Assembly: GCA_036172245.1 (NCBI GenBank)
Contig: JAYWIR010000004.1
Location: 248,001 to 312,000, forward strand
From: Raillietiella orientalis
Lineage: Eukaryota
Direction of reading: 5' to 3'
DNA length: 64,000 nt
Within the stretch, counting starts at the first letter, position 1. The number at the start of each line of letters is the position of its first letter. Below the pieces are notes generated by a model. The model saw only the letters and a program-made list of their open reading frames with translations, had not been told where the DNA came from and ran no database searches. Shown here piece by piece: positions 24,251 through 36,629 of the stretch. The position numbers and the translations under genes were made by a program.

Positions 24251-26208
24251 AAGCAATCGAGAGATGAGAGAAACAAATATCCTGGGTAGATCTTCTCTCC
24301 AAGAGTCTCGGAGCCTCCCAGCGAAGCCCAAAAATTCAAGGTCCACCAGCTGAACTGTTCGGATGTATCCCTTTCGCGCAGTCTGAGCGAGATCATGGAT
24401 CCTTGGGAAGACCCAGTTATGAACATGTGCAAAGAAAGATAAACGTCTGCTCAGTCAGCAGGCTGGTACGTTTTTGACCATTAAGATAGGGAGTAGCACC
24501 CTCCTCGTGCCAAGACAAGCGGCCATCCGATCCCACCCGAGATGAACATCCGTAGTTCCAGGGAGATGGCATGATCTTTGTTTGAGGGCAACGGATCTTG
24601 GGTTCTGTCCTCAGGTTCCAAGTGGTTGGATCTGCAATATCACGGCTGCAAAACGAGGCTCTTGGGAGACGGTGACAGTCTCGGACAAACCTCAAGCCGC
24701 AGCAATCACAGAGGGTGGATCTGGGCTAGAGGAGCTCGCAGGGTGCTGCAATGTGTGTAGCAAAGAATGGATTTTTCTGGAAGCACGCCTGCGGATGGAT
24801 TCTCTGGTACACATGACATGCCATGCGTACCAGAGGAGGAACTTCTGCTCGGCTGAGAGGTGAGCACGAACGGAACTGTAGCTACAGTTCAGACGTTCTC
24901 TAAGACAAGAACACCCTGACCCTTGAGGTGAATTCCCAAAGACTCGAACTTCTCTACATCTGATGCCGGAAGACGCGCCTGTGGAAAAAAGGGGGCAAAT
25001 TGCTCGCCATCCAAGACAACTGTCTGCAGAGTGGAGTCAGGGAGAACACTCCCTGCCTCCACTCTGGGGTCTAGCTTGTAATTCTTTCCTTGAAGAGGAG
25101 AGGATCCCCACCCTTAGTTTTGTTCCTGGACGATCCCACATACCCTTTCTCTTGGAACTCACACTTTGTTCACAGCGAAGCGGAGATCCGGAGTCCTGAA
25201 AGACACTCGTAAGGGACGACAAGTGTTGCCCTGGAAACCTCTTCTGCTTCGACTGGCCAATCTGCCTGAGTCTTCGCCTTAACTTTGAATCTAAACCAGT
25301 TGTCGATGATGGATTTTTCCGTTGGAGAGAAGCATGATAATCCCCAGAGATGTGGTCTCCATGAGCCGTCCGAATCGGCAGCATCGCATCCCTAAGGTCT
25401 CTTTTCCTCTTGGAAAATGCATGAGCGTCATGAAGGTTGCGAGTAACGAGTGTGGGTTTCCGGGAATTATCGTCCAAGAAGGACGCCCTCGAGAGCATCT
25501 TTGCTGATTCTTCAGTGCTTTCCGGAAGGGAAAGGAGTCCGGGACTATCTCTGAAAAAAAAAAAAAAAAAACGGTGGGATGGTGAAGGACTAATCTCACT
25601 CGTCACTGTGCCGCTTATCGGCATCCTCAGGATTTGTGTGCTGCGTTCTGCTCATGTGCGAAAGTTTGTGCGAAAGTTTCGAAATGACAAACCAAAAGAT
25701 CCCGGTCTTTTGGTGTGCTTCGTCTAGTCCGGGAATCCTGGGTTCGGCGGCTCCCTAGAGGTTCGGCGATGGTCAGGAGGAAAGCGGAGCATGAGTCGGC
25801 GCGTCGCCGAAAAGGCGGCTGCCAGCAGCATTCAGAGCGAGTCCGGTGGCTAGGGGTCCTGAAGATAGTGGTATTCAACCGGAAGAGAAAGAGGCACCCA
25901 CACCGGAAACTCTGGAGAATGATCTGCGCGTGACCCATAGCGACTGAAAGGATGGGATGGGGAAGTATCTGCTGCTCTGCAGACTGCCGAAGCACACTGC
26001 CGCAAAGAAAAAGGGAACCTCGGTCATTTCTCGGGCCCGAGCGAAGCATCGGCGCTCACAAACGGTGGACTACATGGTTGGTGTTTACGGAACACTGCGG
26101 CGGCGGCAAAGTCGGAACGCGGCAGATGACAGGCCGTCCAGCATCTACGGAGGCGTCGTAGGCTCTTCGGACGAAGGCGGAAGCACGGAGATGTGGGGAG
26201 ACTGAAAA

Positions 26209-26262
26209 AAAAAAAAACACGCATAAAAAGCAAAAAAAACACGCATAAAAAGCAAAAAAAAA
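26209..26262. repeat. Two-copy tandem repeat of A-tract-CACGCATAAAAAGC
   Basis: aaaaaaaacacgcataaaaagc occurs twice in direct succession, followed by a third A tract. Confidence 0.85.
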
Positions 26263-26324
26263 AAGTCATCTAGAACGCGACCACAAGGACGAAGCGAGCA
26301 AAAACACATGCAAGTGAGCAGATC

Positions 26325-26389
26325 CGTGTGTACGCGCGTGCATACACACACGTGCGCGCACATGCATGCGCGTGCGCGTGTGTATGCAC
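26325..26389. repeat. 65-bp perfectly alternating purine/pyrimidine tract with an internal quasi-palindrome
   Basis: cgtgtgtacgcgcgtg...gtgtgtatgcac alternates Y/R without interruption. gtgcatacacac (from 26338) pairs with gtgtgtatgcac (ending 26389). Confidence 0.9.
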
Positions 26390-26517
26390 CGTCCATATAT
26401 ATGTGTGTTGTTCGAATTAAGAAGAGAAAAATTGGAAGGAAGGTGGGAGGAGGAAGGAGGAAGCGAGCGATCCCTGCACTGGAATGCTTCTTTGCACCGA
26501 CTCGAGCCGTTCCTTCA

Positions 26518-27081
26518 TCAGCTGACATCGGATCGGAACTCCCACTGGAGACGATAAAGTTCTGTTTGTTCCTCTCGAGTCTTACATCGCCCCTGTAACG
26601 ATCTTCTCAATACTAGAGCGTTTATTGTTGCGTTCCTCTTTTTAACTCTCTTCCTCTTCTTCCTCTTCCTCCTACCCCCTTCCTCACTCTCACTCTTCAG
26701 CAAGCGCTCCGAAGAAGCGCAGTTTGAGAAAACGAGGGGGATTCTTCCTGGAGGTAATTGTCTGAGTCCGGGAACTGTCTCATCGGAAAAACCTCTCCCA
26801 CGAGGATGGGATGCAGCAACGCTTCTACCCTTTGCTCGCGGCATCCTCACCTGTCGAGGAGGGAAGGCAGGAGGATGAGCTGATAGGGGCCACTTCCATC
26901 TCCCCATCTTGAAGTAGGACCACCCAAGGGACGCATCCTTTGGAGATACCCTGCGTTCCTCCGATCCATTGCCTTCCTGTTTTCCGCGGACTTCTCTCGT
27001 GTGGTGAGAAACGAGGTAGTTGGTCGAAACCTTTAGCCAACGTTGGGGATAAACCCACAGGCGCATTAGGGCCGCCATCAC
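26518..27081 (-). mobile_element. MADF/Myb-SANT-like ORF remnant (probable Harbinger second gene)
   Basis: QRWLKVSTNYL..EVRGK..WSYFKM resembles MADF (AWxEVAxxL..EVKKKW..WxYFxxM), followed by a low-complexity charged tail. It is divergent from the adjacent Harbinger transposase. Confidence 0.45.
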
Positions 27082-27509
27082 TCCAGAAGGGAACGCAGCT
27101 GCTGCGAGAATGGTGCGGAGGTTCAGAGAGAGCTACAACACCACCGGCGCGAATTTTGCGACTTTCTCACGGGCATTCCCGAGTTGCCCAGAGGCAAAAG
27201 CGATTCCTCCAACTCCGGAAGAAAGCGCCATGCATCAAGAATGCAGTCCAGGAGCGTCCAGAGAAGAGAAACTGCATTTCGAAATTTCCGCTCTTGTGAT
27301 TGTGGTGGCGGCTGTCATCCAGCGGAGCTGGAAGCTCCCCTGGAAGGCATGCGTGCCCAAACCGCGCCCACGACGCGACTGCTGGACGGCCACTCCTCCC
27401 TTTATGGGGACTTGCCCGCGCTCTCGACTGTCAGGCCGTGCTCCCCGTTCATGAAAAAGAAGATTCGAGGATTCTTCGGGAATGCGCGCGGGTGAAGAAA
27501 CTCATATGA

Positions 27510-28260
27510 AAGGGAAATCACGCTGAGTCCCTTGTCTCCGAAGGATCGCGAAGCGCGACAGGCGATCAAGTTTCTAGTGGGCAATCTCGAGGAACCAACC
27601 TCCGACCTCTCACCGAAGCACACGGTGAAAGAACAAATGGAAGGATCAGTGGTAGCGAGAGATTGTCAACATTACTGCCTGGCTAGGGTGATCCAGGAAG
27701 AATCCAGTAAGAGATCAACTCAATAAGTGAACAATGAGACCTTCGTGAGATTTGATTCCTCTGCATTTCTGATTTTCAGACCCACGAACTCATCTAAAAG
27801 CCTTGCCCGAAAGCTCCCCAGCCTTCAGTTCATGCAATCCGAGGCAGCGCACTGGGAATCTCCTAGAACTTCTGAAGTGGCTTACAGTGTAGCCACTACA
27901 CTTTGGAGTAGTCATTTCATCAGTGTTTGAGACTCGGCGGTAGCATGCGAGGTGTAATTCGGCTATTGACCAAAACTCCATGAGCAGACCGCAGCACACA
28001 AATCTTCAGAGAGCCTTTCGTGGATACCGGCATCCGGCACTCAAACCCTCATTCGTCTAGCTCTGTCTAAGACTACCAGAGTTTCTCGTCGAGGAAATGA
28101 CGTTGTAAGTATTACTCGACGGTCGCGATGGCCCAGAACATCCTGGGAACGCTTGCGTCGTAAGAGCCTTCGAAAACAAGAATCAGTGCTTACAGCCAAA
28201 CTCATGACCAACGTCATGACCATCACCCTGATGAATCCTTCGTCATGTAAAAAGAAGAAT
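27510..28260 (+). mobile_element. Harbinger/HARBI1-like transposase remnant
   Basis: SPLSPK..AIKFLVG (cf. LSPExQxxxALRFLATG), FDSSAFLIFRP (cf. IDCTHIxIxxP), RKLPSLQFMQ (cf. RKGxHSxNxQ), VATTLWSSH (cf. ARWPGSxHD), NSA..MSRP (cf. GDSAY..LMxP) and ALSKTTRV..VE..RW, all in the correct order. Confidence 0.55.
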
Positions 28261-28428
28261 TCCAGCCAAGTCCCAAGAATGAACTCGAAAATGATCCCCC
28301 TGTTTCATCCTGCTGTCTCTGAGCAGGAAGCTCTGGAGCACCAGGCAACCTCAGGATTTTCTTGCGGAATTCCTTACATCATTTCCATTTTATCTTGGTA
28401 TATCATGCGTACTGTTGGTGGGCAACCT

Positions 28429-29780
28429 GCTGCCCATCGGCTACACGTGGATCGCAGAGTCCTCGCACGTGTCCGGCAACCGTTCCGGATTGCAACCGAT
28501 CCACACCCACGCTGTGCAGCTCCCCCAGGAAAGTCCAGTCCCTGCAGAGGTGTCAACAGCGAGGTCAATCGTCGTCAGTGCCTTCGGTCACTTTCTGCTG
28601 TGCGGAGGGGGGTGCCCGGGTCCGGCTCCTGAGGGAGATGAGGGCGGAAAGGCACGTGCAAGAAGTACACCGCCCTGCGTGCTGAGTTGGCGGACTTTCT
28701 TCCGCCTTCCGCACCCCGTCAGATGATGTGGCAAGTCCGCGCGAACGCTGGTACGGGAGCCGCAGGAGGGCGCGCGCGTGCGCGGCGACGAGCACCGGGA
28801 GCCGCCTCGTAACGAGGAAAGTTTCCCTCTTCCGTGGTGGCGAAACGGGGGAAAGAGCTGCTCGGAGTCCGGCTGCCGTGGGCAAATCAAGCTGCAGCAG
28901 CTGCGAGGAAGCGCAACGTGGAGAGGGGCGATCCATCACAAGGTTCTCTTCCGACCTGCGGTCTCCTTCCTTCTCCTCGAAAACTGCTTCGCTTCCTCTT
29001 TCGAGAAGAAAATTTCTTCCTGCATCTCCTTTCGCCCATTTTCCTTCGGGACCACCGCCGCCGGTGCAGCCGACTCGAAGAGCGCATTCCGTCCGGCCGT
29101 TGAAATTCGAGCGCGCGCTCGCAAGAGAGAAAAAAAAAAAAAAAAAAAAAAAGAAAGAAAAGGAAAAAAAAAAAAAAAAAAAAAAAAAACAAGAAAAGAA
29201 AAAAACACCGACTTCCATAAATTTCGAGTTCGTAGGAATTGGTACTCTTTGTGTCCAAAGTGGTGACCCGGAGCGCATTTCTGGAACGGGCATTTGCAGA
29301 CCGTTGCGGCAAAAAGGGAGCGCACCACTGGTTTCGGGGGTCGCCTTCAACGCACGTCGGAAGCGAGCAACGGAGAAACTGGATACCGACGGAGCGCGAA
29401 AGAGAAATGAAACTGGCACTGCAAGGAAGGAAGATTTATCGGTGGTCCAGCGGAAGTGGAGGCTGCAAGAACTCTTTTTTGGTGGCGGACGTCTTTTTCG
29501 GAGACGTGATGCATGAACGCAATACATGCAAAGTGCCTGTCCCAGATGCTCCTGAGCGAGAATCCAAGGAACCCGAAAAAGGGGTTCCAGTGGATGAAAA
29601 AAGGCGTCGGAATTTATTTCGGCTGCGAGAAGCATAAAAACAGCCGAGACGCAACCGCACGAGCGGTCTGCGATCCTTCGCCGAGGCGAGGGTTTCCATG
29701 GAAACAAATCCGCACCGGGCCACGAGGTGAGATAAGCGCCCAGGTCCATTCGGCACATGGGAGGAAGCATTCTGCAATCC
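28429..29780 (+). repeat. Left copy of a 1.35-kb near-identical inverted repeat
   Basis: Reverse complement of 37725-39086; the ORF track gives matching peptides on opposite strands. The differences I saw are the A-tract lengths (29128-29207), two substitutions (AAHARA/AARARA, DGVRK/DGMRK) and the outermost ~60 bp. Confidence 0.98.
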
Positions 29781-30870
29781 TTAACGGAAGGAGATTGGCA
29801 ATCGAGTCGGGTACGAAGCTTCGGATGTCTTCCGGCTCGAGAGCACACAATGATCTCATGGTCGGATTGATGAACCGCACTGCTTGGAAACCGCCTGCTA
29901 TCCTCCACTTCGAACAGAATGGAAAGTTTTGCATCTGTTTCACATGTGCTGCTGTCGTCGTTTCGGCGAATGGCTCATCCACGTGAACCATCTCTGCTGC
30001 CACCGCTCGCTTCGTGTCTTGATTGGAGGCATTCTGCATTTTGCTCATTCTGTACCGAAAGGTGTGAGGAGTCCAAGTGAGTGGAAATTTGTAAGAAGCT
30101 CACAAAAAGTTGAAATCCTAAGTGCAAGAAGGTGGACGAAATACGCTGTTTTCAGAAACTGAATCACTTTGTTGGTGGATCACCGGCATCCACGAAGCGA
30201 CTGAAGACGCGGTATCTGAAGCACTGAAGCGCGAGCGAAAAGGCACCCGAATTCGTTTCTGGATTTTGATTTCGGGAAAACTCGGGGGGAATCTGGAGGC
30301 ATCAAAAGATGCAGCAGCAACCTTCTGAGGTTTTACAGGAGGCACTCTTTTCACTTTCCAGCACACCCAGGCGAAGATCTCTGCACAGCGAAATGAACGA
30401 AAGTTCACAACGCCGCGGCCAATGGCCTTCGCGTCGGAAGCTCAGAGCTATTCCATCTCAAGTGAAAGTTGCATGGTCTGGCGGATGCTGCCTGTTGAGC
30501 ATAATCGAATAGGCAAACCGGGCCTAAGGGCATCTTGCAGGGGACCTCCGTCCCAGGAAGGCGCCCACTGCACAAGTTTGCAGATGGACCACGCAAGAAA
30601 GCCAGACGCTCTCTTTCGGCGGAAAGGACTGATCCATAGAAACGAAGGTGCGTTCGATCAAGAAGGTCAAAGCTTCCGAAGAGATTCTCCCCCGCTTGTC
30701 AGAAGCCACGGAAAGGACGCGCGCAGGCGGGACAAACTTGGTCATGCGGAGAAATAAAGGAAGTGGCGGGTCCACTCGTACTTGGAGACGGCGATGCGAT
30801 GGCTCCATTTTCCGCTCTTTCCCGCAACGGAGGGAGAACACGCGACTGACAGCACTGTTGTCAAGCGAGG
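29215..30870 (+). mobile_element. hAT transposase remnant (ZMYM1/DUF4371-like with C-terminal dimerisation domain)
   Basis: ELVLFVSK..DP (29236), GSPST (cf. YxSPxIQNE), VDEK..YFG, SILQSL..GY..MSSG..HN (cf. GQxYDGAxxMSG), HLCCHRSL (~29990, cf. HCxAHxLNL), SPASTKR (30179) and RLTALLSSE (30844, cf. RLxxLALLSIE). Confidence 0.6.
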
Positions 30871-32659
30871 GACAGCGAGGAAACAAATCTCCACGAAGAG
30901 TCCGTTCTGGGCACGCGGAGCACGCGCGCGCTGAAAGGGGGACAGGGAGGGACGGGACTGCTGCTTCGGCGATACGGCTCGTTGCAGGGACGACTGGAGC
31001 GTGGCGGAGGGATGCGCGGAGACGCGCGTCCCCTTGACGTTTTCTCGCTGGCTATTTCCCCGTCGTCGTCGGTCCTTCGTTGAGCACGCTCGTCGTCGGC
31101 GCCCTGGGACCGTGCTCCGCAGTCCCAGACGAGAACGTGCATGCGTTTCTCTTCGTTCTCCGTCAGTCCGCCAAGTTCCCGGACGTCCCGAACCAGTCAG
31201 GAGCAGTGGGTGGAGCCGGTCTCCTCACCCTCCAAGCGTTCCGTCAGGAGGGGATGAGGAACCTTCCGCGGGGGGAGATTTGCGAAGCGAAAGGAACGCA
31301 ACCTCCTGGGGAAACCAATTCCCATGGAAACCGATGGGAAGGAACCGTTCTGATGCTGCGCGCAACTGTGCCGAAGAAGGAGCAGGATGAGGAGAAAGAC
31401 TGAAACACGTATCTGTTCTCTCGCATCTGGAGATAAAAGCGGGAGACCTCCTTCCCTAGGATGATGCAGGAGGATGAGGATGGAAGGGACTCCTCCCTAC
31501 AAAAACGTGAAATGAAAAACAATCAGAGCCGAAATTAAAAGTAAGGATCTCACTCGGGAGGTTGCGATGGAGACGGCGAGGAATTCAGCAAGACCAAAAC
31601 CAGTCATCCTTGGACCACAGCATGTGTAAATCACGTGAATTTCCACGCCGGGAGATCGTTACGGTCCACTGCATGGCGACGGAGCAAGAGTTTTAACCCC
31701 GCAACGCAATACACAAAAACTGACACTTGCAAAATGGGGTCAGTTCAGACACTGTGGAAATGACTCTTCTCGCTGGGGGAACCCAGTTCTCGAGTCCGCT
31801 CCTTCCAGCCGTCCAAAAATCCGTGCCTCACTCGAAACATCGGGAGAAAAGGGAGGAAGAGGATAGAGATGCCCGCCGAGTGATGCTTCCCTCCCTCCCC
31901 ACATTCGCACACGCTCAAAGCGACTCATGCTCTGAGGTAAGAAGATGATGCTCCGCGTGCATTTCGTACACGATTAGCTCGTACAGTACAGCGTGGCTGG
32001 AGCGCGCCCTCTCCGACAAACCGCCCACTTTCGCGTGGGTTGGATGCCCCGCTCGCTTTCCGGAGACGGAAATTGCCCGGAGAGGCCGTGCAGAGATAGT
32101 GCAGCCTCAGGAGCTTCCGTTGCCAGGCGCCTGCTCGGGTCCTAACCGAAAACGGCGTGCCCGGACGGAGGAGTGTCCTTGCGCAAACTCCCGTTTTTTG
32201 CTTTTGTTTTTGCCTTTTTTGTGTGTGTATTGCTTGGGGAGGGAGACGATTCCTCCTAAGAACCGCATGTGGGGCAGCTGTGGAAAGGGCATGAGGGCTG
32301 CTGACGTCACTTCAAAAGGCGCGCGTCGAGGCTTCTCGACGGAAACAGTCAGCGCTCCAGAGGCGGGGCATCTCCCGCGGCTTTTCGCCGGGAGCCAAAT
32401 AGCAGGGAAGGAAGGAAGAGAAGGGGTGCGAACGCATTCCCAGCCCGCCATGCCGCGGGAGCTCGGAAGGAAGGCTCAGAAGTCTTCTGGGCACGAAGAC
32501 TCACGAACGGGGATCGAGCAGCGTCCATGATATTGTACCGCGTCTCCTCGCTGCTCGGGCAGCGCACGATTCCTCCTGGCAAAGTGGAGCGCACGAGCGT
32601 TCCTCTGGACCACTTGAAGGCAGGAGGGACAGCCGCATTACTGTGCGTCCACTCGCCAT

Positions 32660-33300
32660 GAGACGGTCCCCACGGGGGATCCCTCCGAAGCAGCCAGGAG
32701 GTGCCAAGGAAGGTGAACAAGGAGCGCGGAGCCAACAACATCTACTGATGGGTTCATTAATAGCCGGAGCAGGAGGCGACGAGGTCACAGCTGGGGCGCC
32801 TCCAGCCGGCAAGGAACCGGCGAAGTGCACGAATTCGCTCCCTCGCGGTGCCGGCATTTGGCTGAGCGGAGATGCGATGAGCCCGGCTCGCGATCCGGGT
32901 CAGCAGCCTCCGCGCACGGGAGGAGGAAAGTTGCACGCGCTTCTTTCAAGGGTGGCTTCAAGAGCAGGAGTTCGATCCACCCAGGTCCGCCGAAAGGCGC
33001 CGCTCCGAAACGAACCGCTGCTTGCGGACCGGTAAAAGAGGAACGGCTGCGGTAAGGCGGGTGGCGAAATCCGGCAGGAAAGCGAAAAGTGAGCGCGCCC
33101 GCCGCCTCGGAATGCTCCTCCTGCACGACCCGAGAGTTCCGCCGTGACCCGGCGTCCGCTCCAGAGGGGGGTCGGGAAAACGGGAGACTTGCGAAAGCCG
33201 GCGGGACCGTCGGGCGGAATTTTTTTCTTCTCCTGCTTTTTTTCGAGGCGATTTCTGCCGGCCGGATCAACGGCGGCCCGTGCCGTCCAGGCACCCTCTT
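32660..33300 (+). mobile_element. Ty3/Gypsy reverse transcriptase fragment
   Basis: SPRGIP..VPRK (32667-32712, cf. SPWxSP..VPKKDG), SLPR (cf. YPLPR), KVARASFKGGF (cf. KTAFxTxxG) and LRNEP (33003, cf. GLRNAP). Confidence 0.45.
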
Positions 33301-34419
33301 GCTCGCGCGCTTCGCTGGCAGGTCGTGAGCGCCGGAGACGCATTGAGGCTGCCCGACCCGCGTCGTAGGCCTGCAGGGACTCCGGACGAGACGGCACGAA
33401 TATACCTCATGAGAGAGGGTCCAAGCCTGAGCGTCCTAGCGGGCGCTTCTCTCGCATCTCTTCCGCGTGGAAGTGTCCTTCGACGAATCCCGGGTTTCGT
33501 CCGTCGGGCGGCTCGGGTTTCACTTCCCTTGGTAGACGGAGCGAATACGACGCAGGTGATGCGCAAACTTCAAAAGCAGCATCCCGAAGAGACGTACCCC
33601 TTGGATCGAACGCCCCTGGAAACGGCCGAGCGTTCCTGAAAATCTCGCAGAGGGGAACCGAGTTCTCAATCTAAGGAGAACCTGAAGACCGGAACTGCAA
33701 CGTGCCGGAAGAGACAGGTCGGGAATCTCACGCGGCAATGAAAAAAATCCTCAGCGGATCGAACTCTGCTGGAGCGCGGAGGGACTGCGAGGCGCGGGAA
33801 GTTTCCTTTAGCCGCTTCTCTTCCTGTTTGCTGAAAGCAGAGGGGTGAACTTGTGGACATGAATTGTACGCAGACTCACGAGACACGCCGCGGAGACTGC
33901 GACCGGTCTTGGTCTTCGCCAAGTTGGTCCAAAGAGGGGACACCGGCTTGTGCGGCTGGCCACGGAACTTTCAGCCAGGTTTCCACGGCAAGCCTCATCC
34001 CCCTCCCCTCTCCTCCCCCCTTCCCCACGTCTCAGGCAAGCGACCTTCGCCACCATGCATCCGATCCTCTAGCACAGGCTCTCCACGTCTTCGCCTGGCA
34101 GACCGGCAGACTGGGAAAAAGTTCCCCTGGATACAGGAAATCGTTCGGTTCAACCGGACTCCTCTCACAGCACGGGGGCACTACGAAGAGCACCAGCAAG
34201 ACCAGTCGCCTCCAAAGTGCGCGCGCCTAAGTGAAGACAGCGTCGGTTTTTGTCGAGCAGCCGCCACATCAAGCAAGGAAAGGGCGACCTCATTTGACCG
34301 CAGCATTTTCTGAGGAGGAGGAGGGGATGGGAACCTCCCCGAAGAAGAGGGAGCCACCATGCTCTAGTCGTGGAATTTTATCTATGCCGACTGCTTACCA
34401 AACGCCTGCCTCCTGTGCA

Positions 34420-34880
34420 ATAGACGGCGTTTGCCATCATCGTGTTCGTAAAGTGAATGGGATTTCCCTGAGTGCGAGAGCGCGTGTCCATCTCTGGCTC
34501 TTCGTTCGCTCAGCCCTGCAACTCCCAGTGAACCCGTCGTCGCCAAGGCGTTTACCTTTTCCGTCACATGTGTCTCCTCTGTGCGATCTTCACTGAACCT
34601 AGTGTTCCAGATTTCCTTGCTCCGAACGGTGGTCTCCAAGAAGCACTGCACCGCTACCTAACGTGACACGTAGAAAGTGAGTCACGACATCAATTTCCAG
34701 AGACTTGTACGCTCTACAACCCTGTTTGCTCGGCAGTGGTGTGCAGAATTCGCTCGAAGCGTTTGTGAGATTTTGACTCGACGTCGGCTCATAGGAATCT
34801 TCCACGGCGCTTCTTTGCCCGCTATCTTTCTTGACCAGCAAGTACTAGCGATTGCCAACAGGCGTTCCCGATGACGAGTT
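34420..34880 (-). mobile_element. Ty3/Gypsy reverse transcriptase fragment (mirror copy)
   Basis: LLVKKDSGQRSAVED (34841-34797, cf. VLVKKKDGSxRxCVDY), TPLPS (cf. YPLP), ST..LGSG (cf. FSTLDLxSG), EDRTEETHVT (cf. EDRxKTAFVT) and PFTL (cf. PFGL). Confidence 0.55.
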
Positions 34881-36629
34881 CCATGTTTTCCTGATGATTG
34901 ACCGGTTGCTCCTGCATTTATTTATTCAATTTTTTGGTTGTTGTTTCGTTTTGTTTTGGAAAGGAAAATCGCAGAAAACATACAGAGAAAAAATGGCGTA
35001 CGATAGATACACGGATTAAGTACACACAGGTGCGTATTCAGAATACGCTTTTTGGGAGGAACGTGCATTGAGCCTCTTTGTACGGATCTTGTAAGGAAAA
35101 ATGCAGTCTCCAGAGAAAGAAAAAAAATTGTTTTTGTTTTTTTTCGCGAAGCACTTCTTTCATCTCCGTGAGTCTGAAGAAGAGATCGCAGGAAATCTAG
35201 AGTGTTCGTAAAACACGCGTTTTCGAAAGTAGGATCGAAGCGTAGCCAGCACCACCTACCATCGTTTCGTGAAGACCGGGAAGCAGAAGGAAAGGAAATG
35301 GCGATTTTCACTCACGAGAACCAGAACACACCATCGAGAGTGCTCCGGGAAGAATTCCGAGAAAATCTGGGTCGTGCCAGAGGAGCTGCAGACCAAACTG
35401 CAAAGGTAGCTTTTCTTTCCGGGCCTCGTTGCTTCACCTCGCAAAGAAGCGCGGGAAAAATTTCGTGGATAGAATTTCCGCGGTAGCAGCAGCGTCACCT
35501 GGCAAAGCTTGAGGAAGAGGAGCTGCCCAGATGCCAAATGCTAAATGTTTCCTTGCAAAAGAGCACGGAACATCGAGCCTCAAGGCGGCCCTCTGCAGCT
35601 ACGAGCTTCAGTCACCCTCCTGTTCATCCACGCAGCCGTGCAACATCTCCAGCTCAGATTGGATCTTGGTGCATTGTGGAAAGCCTTCTCCTGACATCCG
35701 GTCAGCGAAAGGGAAATTCGAATTCCCGCAGCAACGATATCTAGACGAGCAGGTCGTCAATGCTGATAGCAGACAGATGAGAAGGAGGCAGAATGAGGGA
35801 GGGATCGAACGGCTCCCAGAAGATAAAATAAACACAGAAGAATCCTCATGGTTGGATAGGTGAGCTGGATCCGATTTTGGGACTCTTCTGCTCGGCAGGC
35901 TGTGGCTGCTTCCCACTGTTTTGGTCCCAATGGCAGCACGTGGACTCGAGGAACAGTGAGAAATGCTCTGCTAATGGAATCCCGGATTCATTCTTGTTGC
36001 TGCTTTGCACGTCCCTTCAGTTTTTCTTCTTCGATTTTCTTTTCTTTCTTTGTTTTTTGTTTTTTCTTGTTCTCCAAGTGCCACTGCCACTCCATTCCAA
36101 GAGGAGCGCGGCTCGACAACGTCCCCACATAGGGGCTGACGAGACTCCACTGTTACGCGCCCGGAGCGGTGCGCGCTGAAGAGGTACTCTCGAAGTTCCT
36201 GGGTAGTCAACGGGACGTCAGTCCGTGGGCGAGAGAGGGACAGCAACCGGAGTCTGAATCGCTGCGGAGATCCGAAACCCACGACGAGTCCGACTCGGAG
36301 CTGATCCTCAAGGGTACCCGAACGTTGGCGCCGGACGCTGTGGCCGTACGGCTACAGGTGCAGAACCGCGTTCGAAGAAGGACGGAAAGGCGTCGGACTC
36401 AAAATCAGGCGGGAAGTGTGCAGCAGGATGACATTTGGTGTGTGGCGTCGTAGGGGGTGTCTGGAAGCCCAGAAGGATGCGGATTCCCTGATGAGGTGGT
36501 TTAGCAAGTTTCGAATCTGAGCTAGAGATGCCGCTAAACCATTTTCCCATCAACAAATTAAGGAACGCCACTACCTGAAGTTGAAGCCATTTCTCAGGAG
36601 CCAAGTGTGGAAGGTGAAGGGCCGTTCGT

